Below, one piece after another: positions 1-14,795 of a stretch of 64,000 bases of DNA (its first letter is position 1; each line of letters starts with the position of its first letter). The DNA lies in the NCBI RefSeq assembly GCF_009914755.1, contig NC_060930.1. The stretch is one strand, 5' to 3'. The notes under the pieces are model-generated. The model saw nothing but the letters and a program-made list of their open reading frames with translations, was not told where the DNA came from and ran no database searches. The DNA comes from the human T2T-CHM13v2.0 reference genome, Homo sapiens. The translations under genes and the position numbers were made by a program.

Positions 1-37
1 TTCCTGAACCTCAGTTTTTTCAACTGCAAAACAGGAA

Positions 38-148
38 TATATACATATGTGTATATATACATCTGTGTAAACACATATGTGTATATATACATATGTGTAA
101 ACACATATGTGTATATATACATATGTGTAAACACATATGTATATGTAT
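38..148. repeat. 30-bp TA/CA-rich tandem repeat (~3.5 copies) inside a MIR
   Basis: Unit ATATGTGTAAACACATATGTGTATATATAC at 61, 91 and 121; MIR-like flanks (ctcagtttt...aaatggagataatacctac). Confidence 0.85.
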
Positions 149-439
149 AAATGGAGATAATACCTACATTATAGTTTCTGAGATAATAAAATGCACAACA
201 CAATTCTGACACATAACAATTTGTAACTTAAAACATACCATCACCAGGGCCACTAGTTTTAGAACACTGTAATGCATAGTCTAATTTAATACTATGCAAA
301 CTGTGTTCACTCAAGGTTTTATTTCCTTTTAATTTCATTCATTTACTCTTCAGTTGTTTGTAAGCTAAAAAGTCCAGAATCATGAAATTCAGAAGTTTAC
401 GTTTTAATGTTTTTCTATATGGCAAGGAAAAAAAAAAGG

Positions 440-1725
440 GCAAAGTCATTTTAACACTACTTTCAAAATCAGCCTAGAACTTAACACTAAAGGCATGACC
501 CATAAAAGGGAATACTAATAAATAGACTTAATTAAAATTAAACAACAACAACAACAGGTAAGCTTTTGTTCTGCAAAAGATCCTGTGAAGAGAATGAAAA
601 CATAAGCCGCAGGCTGGGAGAAAATATTTGCAAACCATATTTCCGAGAAAGGTCTTGTGTCTATAATATATAAGAACTCCCAAAATTCAACAGTTTTTAA
701 AAAAAGCAAATAATCCAATTAGAAAATGGGCAAAAGACATGAACAGACATTTTACCAAAGAGAATATATAGGTGGCAAATAAGCATATGAAAACATATCT
801 CACACATCATTAGCCATTAAAGAAATGCAAATTAAAACCACAATGTGATATCATTACACACCTACCAAAATATCCAAAATAAAAATTAGTGGTAACACCA
901 AATGCTGGTGCGCATGTGGAAAAATAGTCCTTCACACACTGATGGTACAAATGCAAAACAGTACAGTCCCTCAGGAAAGGAGTATGGCAGTTTCTTACAA
1001 AACTAAACATGCACTTACCATATGACCAAGTAATTATACTCTTGAATATTCCCAGAAGTAAAAATGTCTTCTCCAAAAAACTTATACATGAACGTTCATA
1101 GCTGTTTTATTCGTGAGAGTCAAAAACAGAAAGCAATCCCAGGGCTACCCATTAAAACAGGTGAATGCTTATAAACTGACTGTAATAGGTCTGTCCCACG
1201 GAATACTACTCAGCAATAAAAAGGAACAAACTACTGGTATATGCAACAACTTGGATAGATCTCAAGGGAGTTATGTTATGTGAAAAAAGTCAATCTCAAA
1301 AGGTTACACACTGCATGACTCCACTGATATAACATTACTGAAATGACAAAAATTTTAGAAATGGAAAACAAATTAGTAGTTGTCAGAGGTTAGGGAAGAA
1401 ATGCAGTAAGGTAGGTGGCTGTGGCTATAAAAGGGTAGCCTAAGAGATCCTTCTGTTGAAACGGGTATATTTTGAATATAGGGTGAATTTACATATGTGA
1501 TAAAGATTGCATAGAACTAAATACACACACACAGTATATGTAAAACTAAGGAAATCTGAGTAAGGTTTGTGGATTATATTAATACAATTTCCTGGTTGTG
1601 ATACTGTACTGTAATTATGCAAGATGTTAGAATTGGGGGAAACTAGATGAAGGGTATGTAGATCTTTCTGTATTATTTCTTACAATTGCATGTGAATCTG
1701 TAATTATCTCAAAATAAAAATTTTT
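440..1725 (+). mobile_element. Old L1M 3' fragment
   Basis: Typical L1 ORF2-end/3'UTR motifs (gaaaatatttgcaaaccatat, aaatgcaaattaaaaccacaatg, ggaatactactcagcaataaaaagg). Confidence 0.8.
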
Positions 1726-1759
1726 TTCAAAATTTCAAAACAACTAGTCTAGAGCTTTG

Positions 1760-1920
1760 TTAATCAAAGTTTTCTCTGAGGACCTGTAGCATTTTGGTTA
1801 TCACCTGGATCTTATTAAAATGCAGATTCTCAGGCTGCATATTGGAATTCCTGAATTGGAATCCGCATTTTAACAAGATTTCCAAGTGATTCATGTTTAA
1901 AGTTTGAGAAGCACTAGTCT
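1760..1920. mobile_element. MER5-type hAT-Charlie DNA transposon remnant
   Basis: aaaatgcagattctcagg...gcattttaacaag...aagtttgagaagcact. Confidence 0.7.
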
Positions 1921-2439
1921 ACAACAATGACTTTTAACCTTTCAACCTACTCTAACACACTTGAAGGCCATAACAAAATTCACATCAATAACAGTTGCTC
2001 GGTTGGACAGTGACTCTCAACACAAATGAGTGAGGAAAGGTGGGGACTCAAGACTCAGGTAGCAGGAAAAGCCCCTTAGGTGATCCTGATGAAATGTTTT
2101 CTCCATCCTGGCTGAAAAACCCAGAACAGTCAATTAAGGCTCAAAACAAAAGTAATGTTTATAATACTGGAGATCTTTAAAAGGCAGATAATATATACTA
2201 TAACAGAGCAAAGGTAATTATTACAATGTATAAATCTTATAAGAACCAAAATCAGAATTAAAATCACTAAGCACATAATGAAAATCCTTTAAAAAGTATA
2301 AAAATGAATGTAGTCTAAGTAAATACTAATAATGGCAGTTATAGTGAGAAAAGCTCTAGAGTCTTTTACTCTTCATACTTCCTAGTCACAAACATCTATT
2401 TCCAAAACTGACCCTTCGTATTTCAAATAATTTATGGCC

Positions 2440-2745
2440 TGGTACAGTAATAAGAGCATGATATTTAAAGCCAGTCAGAAGACACATATTCTAGCTCTGG
2501 ATGGCACTTGATGACGATGGATTCAGCTTATGGTTCCAATCCCAGCTCTGTCAATTAGTACCTATATGACCCTAGTCAAATACTTAAACCTTCTTGTGTT
2601 ACTTGTGTGTCAATTGTATCATCTATAAAATGAGGATATTAACAGTATATACCTCATAGATTTTTTTGTGAAGGTTATACAATTAATTCATATAAAGTAT
2701 TTAGAACAATGTCTAGCACAGTGAATTCTCAATGAGTGTTATAAT
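2440..2745 (+). mobile_element. MIR
   Basis: aatcccagctctg...atctataaaatgagga...gtatttagaacaatgtctagcacag. Confidence 0.65.
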
Positions 2746-3297
2746 TGTTCTTTTTAAATGTGACTTGACTCTCAACAGAACTCTACTGAATTCTAATATG
2801 TATTCTGTATTGAGCTGTCAAAAAAAATAAGGATTATAATAACATATACTATTCTTGTAGTCAACCCTGTTACTATGTTATTACTAGTGTCAGTTTTGTT
2901 GTTTTGGTCATACATATTGTTTTACATACATTAAGAATTATTAGAAATGTTGGTTTATTAAAAATGACCATTTATGGCTAGAAGGGTATATATCTGGCTC
3001 ACTGACTGTGGAGTCAATGTCCATAAAGAGGAGGAAGAATGCCATCAGAGTAAAAGGAGATTCTATTCACTGAAACAAAGTGATAAAAAGCTATGAAAGA
3101 GAAAAACATAAAATAACCAAAGGGGTGAAACTTAACAGATGCCCAGTAGATGCACAATGCACTGGGTTGTAAAACTTAAAATGGCCTTAATTAAAAGCCA
3201 AGCACGGATGGAGGTGCTGGGGGAGTCTCCTACGGACACAGCAGGCAGAATGTAACAATGACAAGGGGCTCAAGTTTATTTAAAAAGAGATTGGACA

Positions 3298-3652
<355 letters not shown>

Positions 3653-4227
3653 CTAGTCTTCTTGGTTGAGCTGAAGAAACAAATATTATATTGATAATTT
3701 ATGTATGTTGTATTTTTCAAGGTATAGCAACAAGTTTTTATTCATCAGCTACTTTGTGTGTGTGCTTTGTTTTTAAGTCTTTTGAAACAGGATGGTGATT
3801 TACTACATTTATAAGTAAAATTTATTTGATTTACAAGGGTTGCTTAAGTATATCACAGGATTTCACTTGTTATATTTGCAGGTGCTTAAAAAATCAGCTA
3901 TACTAAACTATAACTGGAATTAGCAAAGTTCATTTATTGATTAATCAAGAATATAATTAGATTTGCCTAACTATATAAGTAGTACTATGTGTTATTTAAG
4001 AATTAAATCTAGAAAAGGGATGGACTCTGGAAATATCAAGAAGTGAAAAAGACTGCTCTCATTTTTGTACAACAATTACTAAATTTCTAAGTAGCATTAA
4101 TTGAACTGAAAAGGCATTTTAGAAAAACTAGATTTTACAATTTATAACTCTAATAAAACACAACTAACTATGAGTGTGCTTGTTCATGCCCAAAAGCTAC
4201 CTTCCAAAATTAAAAACCCTATTGGAT

Positions 4228-4553
<326 letters not shown>

Positions 4554-7419
4554 TTACTAGGGCCATCAAATCAGTATATTTTCACTTGACACACAATTTT
4601 GAGATAATGAACCGAACTTACTATTTTTGAAAATATTACATAATAAATATTAGTGAAGCTTCATTGCTGAAATGGTGACAAAGATGAATAGCAATAAAAC
4701 TTTTCTTATAGATCTTTAGCAAAAACAAAAAAACCCCAAGCATACTATGGTACATTACTTTAGAGAATCAAGTAGCTGCTAGTTGAGTAATAGTGGTAAT
4801 AGGCACTACAATGATATAAACAAATTACAACAAAGAATATTGTTTTTATTTCCTGTCCATGTTTTAAAAAAGCTTTGGTTTTACCTATGTTTAACAAAAG
4901 CATAGGTACAACAACGACTACTACTACTAACATATAAGTAGCCTGGATAGAATTATCTTAATAGTAGTACCCAAGTGCAGGATCTCTAAGTAATGATCAG
5001 AAGGCAGGAATAAATTTTATCAGAAATCTTCATTCATTACATATTTACTATGCATTTACCAGGGTATCACTATGCTAATGGATACAAAGATAAATAACAT
5101 GCAAACAACTGTAATACAGTGTTATGTGATAACAGAAATATGTACAAAGCACTATGAAAAAAATTACAAAGCTTGAGCACAAATTTTAACTCTGGACTTA
5201 CTGGCATTTAGAGCAAAACCAAAACAATCCTAACTGGTTAATTTCATTTTCTAAGAGTTGGAAGCTATATCAGTAGGTACAAAGTAAAATATGCTAATTG
5301 TGGTAGAAAGTAAAATATTACAACAGTAGAGAATTTCAAAAGAAGATAAAAATAATGGAGGGAATATAGAAGGTCTTCAAGCTTCCAGCTTGAAATACAT
5401 ATTTTTTTTTAAATAGAGAAAGAGATAAAGTCATTTGAGTATTCAGAGGGCAGACTGAATATAATGGTACTTCTGAGAAATCAGTGGATAAGGAGAGAAA
5501 AGTGGACTAAAGGCCATAGCATATAGAGCTTGGAATGTCAAATGTAGTGGAAATAACAAAGGTTTGGTTGGAATCCCAACTCCCAACAACGTACTGTGTA
5601 TCTAGAGCAAATTACATCAACCTTTGGGAGTACTGTTTCTGAATCTGAAAAATGAGGAAAACTTATCTTTGAACAATTGATGTGATAATTAAATGAGATA
5701 TATGAAATATCTAATGTAACAAGTGCTTAACAATGACTAGTTCTTTTCATTCCTCTCTTGAACCATTGTGAAACGTAGAACCAAGAAAGGTAACAGTATT
5801 TAGTTGTTACAGAACCCATTAAGAGAGAATAAAAAATAACTGGTATTCTAACTTCAGTTTCCTTTGAAGTCTTGTTAATGAGAATAAATATTATGTGGCA
5901 CAAAGAAAAAGAAAACAGGGGTTTACACAGGATATGCTGCCAGACTTTACCAACAATGACACATGATATCTGCTTCAACTGTCCCATGCATATTTGGCTT
6001 AAGATATATTCATGCATATCAAATTTTACATCACATGGTTTTCAAAAGAAGATTCATTAAAATTAGCTTAAGAATGTACACAATATACAATACCTCATTA
6101 AATAAAAAGAACAGACCATTTCCAAATGAATGCTTTTAGAGCTTTACAGTAAACAGTCTTTTGGTGGTAGAAAGAGGGGGAACAGAGAGGGGAGTGGGTG
6201 GGAGTCTGTAGCACTTATCAGACTACTTTTATCCTTTATGTAGAGAAATAGGAGAGTTGAAAATAAGCACTTTCTGTACTTATGTTGAGAGTCTGAAGCC
6301 CACTTTTAATAGTCTTGACAACACTAAAAAATAATAATTAACATTTGAAAAGCTGTCATTATTATAGTCAGGGACACTTAATCTCCAAAGGAGAAGTTTC
6401 TTAATTGATACTATGATTAAATAAAAGCATCCATCAGAATTATATCCACAATCTGGTTTGGAGTTTATGTTTTGTCTTATTTAAATTGTTATACTTATTA
6501 TAATTCTGTCTAGACAGTGCCAAATGTACTTTGTCATACAAACACTTGAGGCAAATTTTCTTCAAATAAGCGCAACACTTTGTTTCCTCTTCGTATCCTT
6601 TGACTGAATAACGTGTGGTACAGAGAAGTAATACTTCCCTTTCTTGGGATCGAGATCAATTTGATGCTTATTATAAGCCCATTTACAGAACAAATGGTAT
6701 TGCTTTTAAATTTTTATATGAACTTATCAGTAGAGTAGCCAAAAAAGAAGCTTCATATAAAAGTGCTAGGATTGATATTCTTAGTAATAATTAGGTAAAT
6801 TCTCTAAAATTTTCTCCCAAAAGATCTGAAAAATCATACCAAGGGAAGTATAGTTTAAATTTCATTATATATAATAGCTTTAAAATATCTTTGCTAATTC
6901 TACCCAAAGCCACACTAAAAAGACTAATACAAAAAGAATGTAATTAATAAACTATTTTCCTCTGAAGAATCAAAGGGCACTTCTGCATATGAACATGTTT
7001 TATCCTTTTGGTGTACTTACATAAAATAATTAAGAAACACTTTTAATTAGTATAAACAAAGAAATCAAAATAGCAAGAAGAAATGTCTGAGTAAAAGCAG
7101 CTGTGCTGACCTCAAAAGTGAAATTCTGTTCTCTTGATGCCCAGTTAAGTGTCTAACCCAGGGAAAAGTGATTCTAAACCTGGGCTAGGAGCTAGTGGAG
7201 CTCTTCAAACAGTCTCACCTACCCTCACCCCTCAAGGAATGGTCTATGGGTTCTGTGGTGAACGCTAAAGTTTATAACATGGGAATATTTATTATTTTGT
7301 TTCTAACACAAATAATTTTTAAAAATTTATTCTACTAAAGTAACATCAAAGGGAAATTTCATAAAAATTCTTTTGAAATTTTTAGAAGTAGCAAATAAAG
7401 GCAAGTGATATTTTACAGA

Positions 7420-8590
7420 TTTCACCACTTACGTAATCTGATCAACAAATTTTAAAAACATAGCACTTGAATACTATTAAAAATATATTAAAAAGGTAAC
7501 ATAGTAAAACTATAAAATTCTTTAAAAAAAATATAAGAGGAAACCTTCGTGACCTTGGATTAGGAAATGGTTTCTTACATACGGCAACCTAAAAATACAA
7601 GCAACCAAAGAAAAAAACAGACAAACTGGACTTCATCAAAGTTAAAAACTTTTGTTCTTCAAATGACATCATCAAGAAAATAAATCCCACAGAATGGGAC
7701 AAAATATTTGCAAACCATATCTGATAAGAGACCACTATTCAGAATATGTAAAGAATTTGTAAAACTTATAAATAAAAAGTTAAAGAAGTCAATTTTAAAA
7801 TGAGCAAAGGATCTGAAGACAATTCTCCTAAGAAATACGAATGGCTAGTTAAATGCATGAAAAGATGTTTAGCATCACTGGTCATTAGGAAAGAGCAAAA
7901 ACCAAAATGATATACTCCTTCATACCCACTAAGACTGCTGTAATTAAAACTATAGAAAATAAGCGTTGGCAAGGATGTGGACAAATTGGAACCCTCCTCA
8001 TACACTGATGGTAGAAATGTAAAATGGTGCAGATGCTTTGGAAAACAGTCTGACAATACCCCAAAGGTTTAAACGTGGAATTACCATGCAACCCAGCAAT
8101 TCTACTCCTAAGTATCTACCCAAGAGAAATGAAAATATATGTTCACCAAAACATTTGTACATAAATATTAACTGCAGCTTTTATTCATAATAGCCAAAAA
8201 GTGGAGACAATCCACATGTCTATCAATTGGTGAATTGATAAACAAAATGTGGTATCTTCATACAACTATTACTGGGCCATAAAAAGAATGATGTATTGAT
8301 ACATGCTACAAAATGAATGAACCTTAAAAACAATATGCAAGCAAAAGAAACCAGACACAAAAGGCCATATATTACATGATGCTAATTACATAAAATGTCC
8401 AGAAGGGAGAAATAAATTAGTAGTTGCCAAGGGCTGGAGGGAGGGAGAATGATATAAGTGACTGCCAATGGGCATGGGGTTTCTTTTTAGGGTGATGAAA
8501 ATGTTCTGAAATTTTATCACGGGAATGGTTGCACAACTCTGTGTAACTTAGAATTCAGTGACTCCTAAAACCAATGAATAGCATGCTTTA
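7420..8590 (+). mobile_element. Old L1M 3' fragment
   Basis: aactggacttcatcaaagttaaaaacttttg, aaaatatttgcaaaccatatctgataag, aacccagcaattctactcctaagtat. Confidence 0.8.
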
Positions 8591-8602
8591 AAAGGTGACC
8601 TT

Positions 8603-8777
8603 TGCTGAGCATAGTGGCTATAGTCCTAGCTACTTGGGAAGCTGAGGCAAGAGGATCACTTGAGCCAGGAGTTCCAGGCTGTACTGCACTATGATCATAC
8701 CTGTAAATAGCCACCATACACACCAGCCTGGGCAACACAGACCATGTCTCTAAATAAATAAACAAATAAATAAATAA
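8603..8777 (+). mobile_element. Alu monomer (FLAM/FRAM-like)
   Basis: Single arm with (TAAA)n tail; direct repeats aaaag(g)gtgacct on both sides. Confidence 0.8.
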
Positions 8778-9341
8778 AAGGGTGACCTCTGTAGTATTGA
8801 GATTATACTTCAAGTAAGCTGTTATTAAAAAAAAAAAAGTTATCATATGGGTGGCAGGGGAAATCATTCTGGGATGATGGCTAACTTCATCAGTATTTGA
8901 TTTATACCTATGCATCATACCTTATGTTTGTTTTATGCATTTTGTGGGTTTTTTAAAAAAATTATATTTCATAAAAACAAATTTTAAAAAAATTAAAGTC
9001 AAGAACCCCAAAACAACAAAGATCAGAGATACATTTCTACCTTATCAATTCAGAAAAATTACAAGTTTTTTTCTTAAAAATTGTATAGCATCATGGTGAT
9101 TTTAAGTTACCTGTAGGAATTTAAATAACTTTGTCTTAACTGTTCACCAAAACTCATTTAATATTCATGTTCTGATACTGAAAATGAAGCTGAAAAGTTT
9201 TGAAATTACAATATGCTAGTTTAAAAAGGTTTACTAAAATACATAATTTCATTATAAGGAGTAATATGAAATAAAAGTATCAAATATGGGACCATTAAAA
9301 ATGTCCTTACTAACAAATTGCTACCCACATTGTGGACTCAC

Positions 9342-9466
9342 TGCGTCCACTGTTTGCGAGCTTTTCCAGAACGCTCGCCACCAGTTAGGGTAGCCAAGAA
9401 CTCCTCATCTTCACTTTCTTCCTCACTAGCTTGGAACCTCTGGATTCCCACCCACACTGCTGTGAC
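9342..9466 (-). CDS. Candidate alternative/poison cassette exon in ATG5 intron (125 nt)
   Basis: Acceptor cttactatggcgtttctcttccccattcag|GTC and donor GCA|gtgagt. Purine-rich ESE-like core, retained CpGs, open in phase 0 (VTAVWVGIQRFQASEEESEDEEFLATLTGGERSGKARKQWT). No repeat similarity recognised. Confidence 0.55.
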
Positions 9467-11267
9467 CTGAATGGGGAAGAGAAACGCCATAGTAAGGGAA
9501 CTCTTCCTTTTATAGATTTCTGAATTAGAATCTGGCATTACAAAAGAACAATGTTATAAATCCAGGTCAGAGTTCATAGTTCTATTTCACTATTACTTAT
9601 ATGGCTTGTCCTAGGAACTTAACTATTATTTACAATGTAAGTACCTATTTCCACAAAAAAATTCAAAATTTTGGAATACAATATCTGAAGAGAGAATGGT
9701 CTATTGAATCCAAAGTAGGCTGATACATCCCAAACAGTATTTCAGATTGAGATAATAATAATACCACCAATTCATCAAGTCAAATTATATGCTTATTTTC
9801 CACAATGGAAGTTTTAAAATAGTACAAACATTTTAATATATAGCAGGCTTAACTTATGATTATTAAACAGGGTTCTAAGAAAATAGTATACATCAAATAT
9901 TAATGTGCTTCTTGTATAATTTAGGTGACAATTTATCCATCTGAGAAATGCAAAAGAGACTTTGGTAAGGGGTTGAGTAAGGAGCATTCTGTGTCAAAGA
10001 ATTCACTAGCAAAAGAGGGTATACTGTAGTTACAAGCTATAATCACTGTACTTATTTTAAATCCCTCTTCAGAACCAGGTCTTAAAAGATGATAAACATG
10101 GCCTCATGAATAACTATCAACCAAACTATAGAAAAGAGTGCAAGAGTGTGGTGTTCTAACTTAAAATATGGTGTTTTATTCAAATAATTTTATTTAAGGC
10201 TCCAAAAGCAGCAGCCTCATTCCCCAGAAATCATAGTTAAATGAAATCTTCCTTACTAAAGGAAAAATGAATCACAATATTTAACGTGAACATTTTAAAA
10301 ACACTCTAAAGCAACAAAACTATTCAATTGTATGTGATATGGCTTAGAAAGGCATGTAGGTAAAAAGGACTAAAAACTCTAATAATGGTTGGGCCAAAAG
10401 TAAATTTGTTAGTTCTACTCCATTAAGCATTCCTCAAGCAGTGTAAAAATCAGAGTTCAAGTTACACTTTGATGTGTAGATCCTTTGAAAGCCACTCTAC
10501 CCTGTTTTATATGAAGCATCCGCAGCTAAAATGAACACCTAGTGAAGAGTATGAATGCTGCAATACATAAGCAGACGTCAGAATTGTCCCAAGCTGATTC
10601 TAAGTTACTTTAAACATGTATGCAGAGTCAGAATATGACTTACTTCTTAGAAGTAACAGATAATTACCTTTGGCATAATGAAAAAAACTTTAAATGTAAG
10701 TTAATACAGGTATTTTCCCTTTAGCAAAGCTTTGCTTTTAAAAGAAAACTTCAAAACTTAAATTAAAATAGGAAATGCTCTACTATGTAGTAAAAATACT
10801 TTTTAGATTACTGAAGCAAAGAAAAGGAAGGATTCTATGAGGGAGGAAAAGTGGGAGAAAAATGTAAAGAAAAAAGGAAGAAGGAAAGAAAAGAGAAAAG
10901 GAGGAAAGAACACAAGGACAGAAAGGCCTATTGAAATATATTATTTCTTTCAAATTTTAAACGAGCAGAATAAATTCTTTTGTTTTATAACTATGAAATA
11001 ATCTATGTTCCTCTTATCTATGCTTGGAAAATTTAGACAAAATGTTAAGAGTAAGTACTACATTGGATTTCCGGGTCTTCAGCTCTGAAAACAAGCTGTT
11101 TCTTAACATACGTCAATTTTCTATATTTCATGTCATTTCTATTTGCAAATGTTATAAAGTTCAATATGATGTAAAACATGGTTAAATGAAGTTCAAAAAT
11201 AAGTATAACATACATTAGTTTGGCTATTCCAAATTTCATGCACATTAACTCAGCCACATATCTAACA

Positions 11268-11586
11268 CAGTCAGCCCTCCCTATCCAGGGGTTCTGCATC
11301 TGCAGATTCAACTAACCATGGGTCGAAAATGTTTTTGTACCAAACATGTACAGGCTTTTTTTCTTGTTATCATTCCCTAACTACAGTATAACAACTATTT
11401 GCACAGTGTGTACATGTGTATGAAATATTATAAGTAATCTACAGATAATTTAAAGTATACAAGAGGGTATGCATAGGTTATATGCAAATACTACACCATT
11501 TTATATCAGACTCTCAAACATCAGTAGAATTTGGTAACCCAGGGAGGTCCTGGAACTAATCACCCAGAGGTATCGACAGATGGCTA
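11268..11586. mobile_element. MER2-like TcMar-Tigger MITE
   Basis: TIR-like cagtcagccctccctatcc...ggtatcgacagatggcta; interior gcagattcaactaacc. Confidence 0.7.
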
Positions 11587-13261
11587 TATATAAATCACTC
11601 AGTGAATTCAGGATTCACATTATTTCACAACTAGTATAATTTTATGTTGTTCACATAATTGTGTCACAACATATACATGCAGACAGGTGACTTTCATGAA
11701 AAGATTACACCCAAGATAGACATATGGTCTACTCAAATACGGTTTCCAAATGTGTATCCAATCTTGTTTAATTATAATCAAACTCACCATTCCATTGATA
11801 AGCGACCTCTACCAACCTGCTTATCCCCTCCAAGCAATATAACAGTGGTTCTCTGAACCAATATTGACCCTCCTTTAAATTGATAGCCTTTTTTTAAAAA
11901 GCTAACCATTGAGAAGTACATACTGTTGAAGACAGAACATATTCTGTAAAATGCTCCCAAGATATCAAAGTCAGATGATATAACTGAATGTTTATGCTAG
12001 ATTATATTTCTAAGCTGAGAATTACATTTTAATATACCATAAGCAATCTGCAAAAGAAGCAACTTGCCTAAAGATTTCAGGAGTTTCAAGTATGCATATG
12101 TCAATATCTGTATCAATATGTAATATCAATATAATCAATGCACACAACAATACGTAACTGTACTTATATCATCTCCTTAGCACTAATTATTACAAACAAT
12201 CTGCATGCACTGCAAAGCAAAAGTATAATATAAAATCCCAAAAAACCTTGAAAATTTAATAAAACCAAAAAACAGGCATCACACACAAGAACTGAGGCGT
12301 ATACTTCATTAATGAGTATGATATCCTGATATGAAATGTCAAACAAAATTACCCAGGCTCAGGTTAGAAATAAAGATAGGACATTAGTCTTTGTATTTTT
12401 AAATTGATTTTTTCTTCTAATATTCCTTAATGATAACCCTATATATTACCTACTTAAAATTATTAGCAAATAGTTATTTTAAAAGTATGAGTAATTAGAC
12501 CAAAAGCAACTCTCATATTTACCCAAAAGAAGGAACCACTACCAAGAATCAAAGCCTAGTAATTCTGTTCTTAACAGACAGGTGTTGTGTATTCTGGCAT
12601 GTTACATGAAAATCACTTATGAGAAGAACAGAAAAAAAAATTAGAAGGTAGTTTTCACTATGGAAATAGGTAAGTGATTAAGCAGATTTTCTTACACCAT
12701 GAAATTGTCAGCAGACTCAATAATCACCCTAAGGGGCATCATTCTGGATGCCGACATTCTCTATGATGGAAAGGGACTGAAAGTAAAATGCACTAATGAC
12801 ATAAAGAAACCAATATCCAATAGTAAAGCTGAAGAAATAAACATTCTTTGGACAGGAACTAAGCTGAAGTTTGCAACTACCAAGAATGTATTATGCCAGC
12901 AGTAAATTAGGAAACTAAAGCCCATGTCAACCAATGAAAAATGGGAGGACTGAAATCAATCATTAAAGCAGCAGCAAGGTTCTAACTATTCTAAGGTATA
13001 GGCTACCTCTGGCGTATATTATCAGAGTTGACAATTCTTCCAAGAAATTCTAACATCAACTGTAATCTGAGGTCCTTTAAAAAATAATATAAACCAGGCA
13101 GTAGACTTACATTTTGTAATATTTTCTTCTAAGAGCTGTACATTAAGATTTTATTTGTGATATAAATACTATCAAATAATTAGCTATAGAACAGCTCTAT
13201 TTTCAACAGTTATAACATTTTAAGCCATCTCACATTTAACCTAAACTTTTATCAAATGTCA

Positions 13262-13597
<336 letters not shown>

Positions 13598-13767
13598 TCA
13601 CTTGAGGTCCAACTTATGTTTACTATATCTACTTATATTCCCAAAGACATCTTAAGGAGAGATGAAATCATAAAAAGGTGAGGATGAGAAAGAAAATAGT
13701 AAGTCAGTAAGGTCAATTTTTACATATATTAGGCTAGCATAATAAAAATATGAGTGTCTTATTATTA

Positions 13768-14039
13768 TTTTTTTTTGAGACAGAGTCTTGCTCTGTTGCC
13801 CAGGCTGGAGTGCAGTGGTGCAATCATGGCTTACTGCAATGTCTGCCTTCCAGGTTCAAGCAATCCTTGTGCCTCAGCCTCCTGAGTAGCTGGGATTACA
13901 GGTGTGCGTCACCCTGCCCAGCTAATTTTTGTATTTTCAGTAGAGACAGGGTTTCACCACGTTAAACCATGAGTTTGGCCAGGATGGTCTCAAACTCCCA
14001 AAGTGCTAGGATTACATGCGTGAGCCACTGCGTCTGGCC
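13768..14039 (-). mobile_element. Alu (antisense) with internal deletion
   Basis: T-tail then gagacagagtcttgctctg; TSD AGTGTCTTATTAT; left arm jumps aaactcc/caaagtg. Confidence 0.9.
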
Positions 14040-14544
14040 TAAAGTGTCTTATTATAACCAAGAATTTATTTGTGGAGAGAGGTAAAGAAAACTCATTTTT
14101 AGTGAAATAATTAAAACTGCATCATTCACAATCTATCTTTCAAAATGAGGTATTAACTATTTTGGCTTCTAAAATTACCCCATATACTACATGCATGAGC
14201 ATGGGAATTGAAGTTATTTTATTCCTAAGTTTGAGACTTCATGTTTTAATGTGATCACTAAAAATTTCCTAATTGATGATTAGGAAAATAACTTTCTGTA
14301 AAATTCCAGAATTTTAGCTGTTTCAATCTCTTCATATTAAGGGGAGAACATTATGTTTTTACTTTCTGTGCATGCACTTTCTTTATTAGAAGAAAATGGA
14401 CTGAGGGCAGTAAGCAACCGAAAAGGAAGAGTAATAAGAAGCCTGATGTGTGTGAAAACTGGAGAACAGTCTCAAATCATAAAAAGTTATGACAGAAGAG
14501 GCATAAAAAATAAAAGTAATGAACTTAATATATGAAAGGTAATA

Positions 14545-14795
14545 ATGATTAAGAGCATAGGCTATAAAGCCAGACTGGACTCCCTGGATTCAAATCCTGG
14601 CTCTTCTAATTACTAGGTAGGTAACCCTGAGCAAGTTTCAATGACCAATCTTTTTCTCAATTACCTCAGGTATATAAAGGGGACAGTAACAGCATTTAAC
14701 CCAGAGGACAATAAGGATTAAATAAATACATGTAAAATAATTTAAAACAGTACCTGGTATTCAATAAAGCGCAATAAATGTTAGCTGCTATTATT
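14545..14795 (+). mobile_element. MIR
   Basis: gattaagagcataggc...ggattcaaatcctggctc...gcaataaatgttagctgctattatt. Confidence 0.7.

Noticed and set aside
38-148. 30-bp direct repeats superficially like a CRISPR array
   Set aside because: No spacers, low complexity, eukaryotic context.
9385-9460. LIR motif in the candidate exon peptide
   Set aside because: The acidic run precedes FLAT, which lacks L/I/V at +3, and WVGI lacks acidic context; not supportable.
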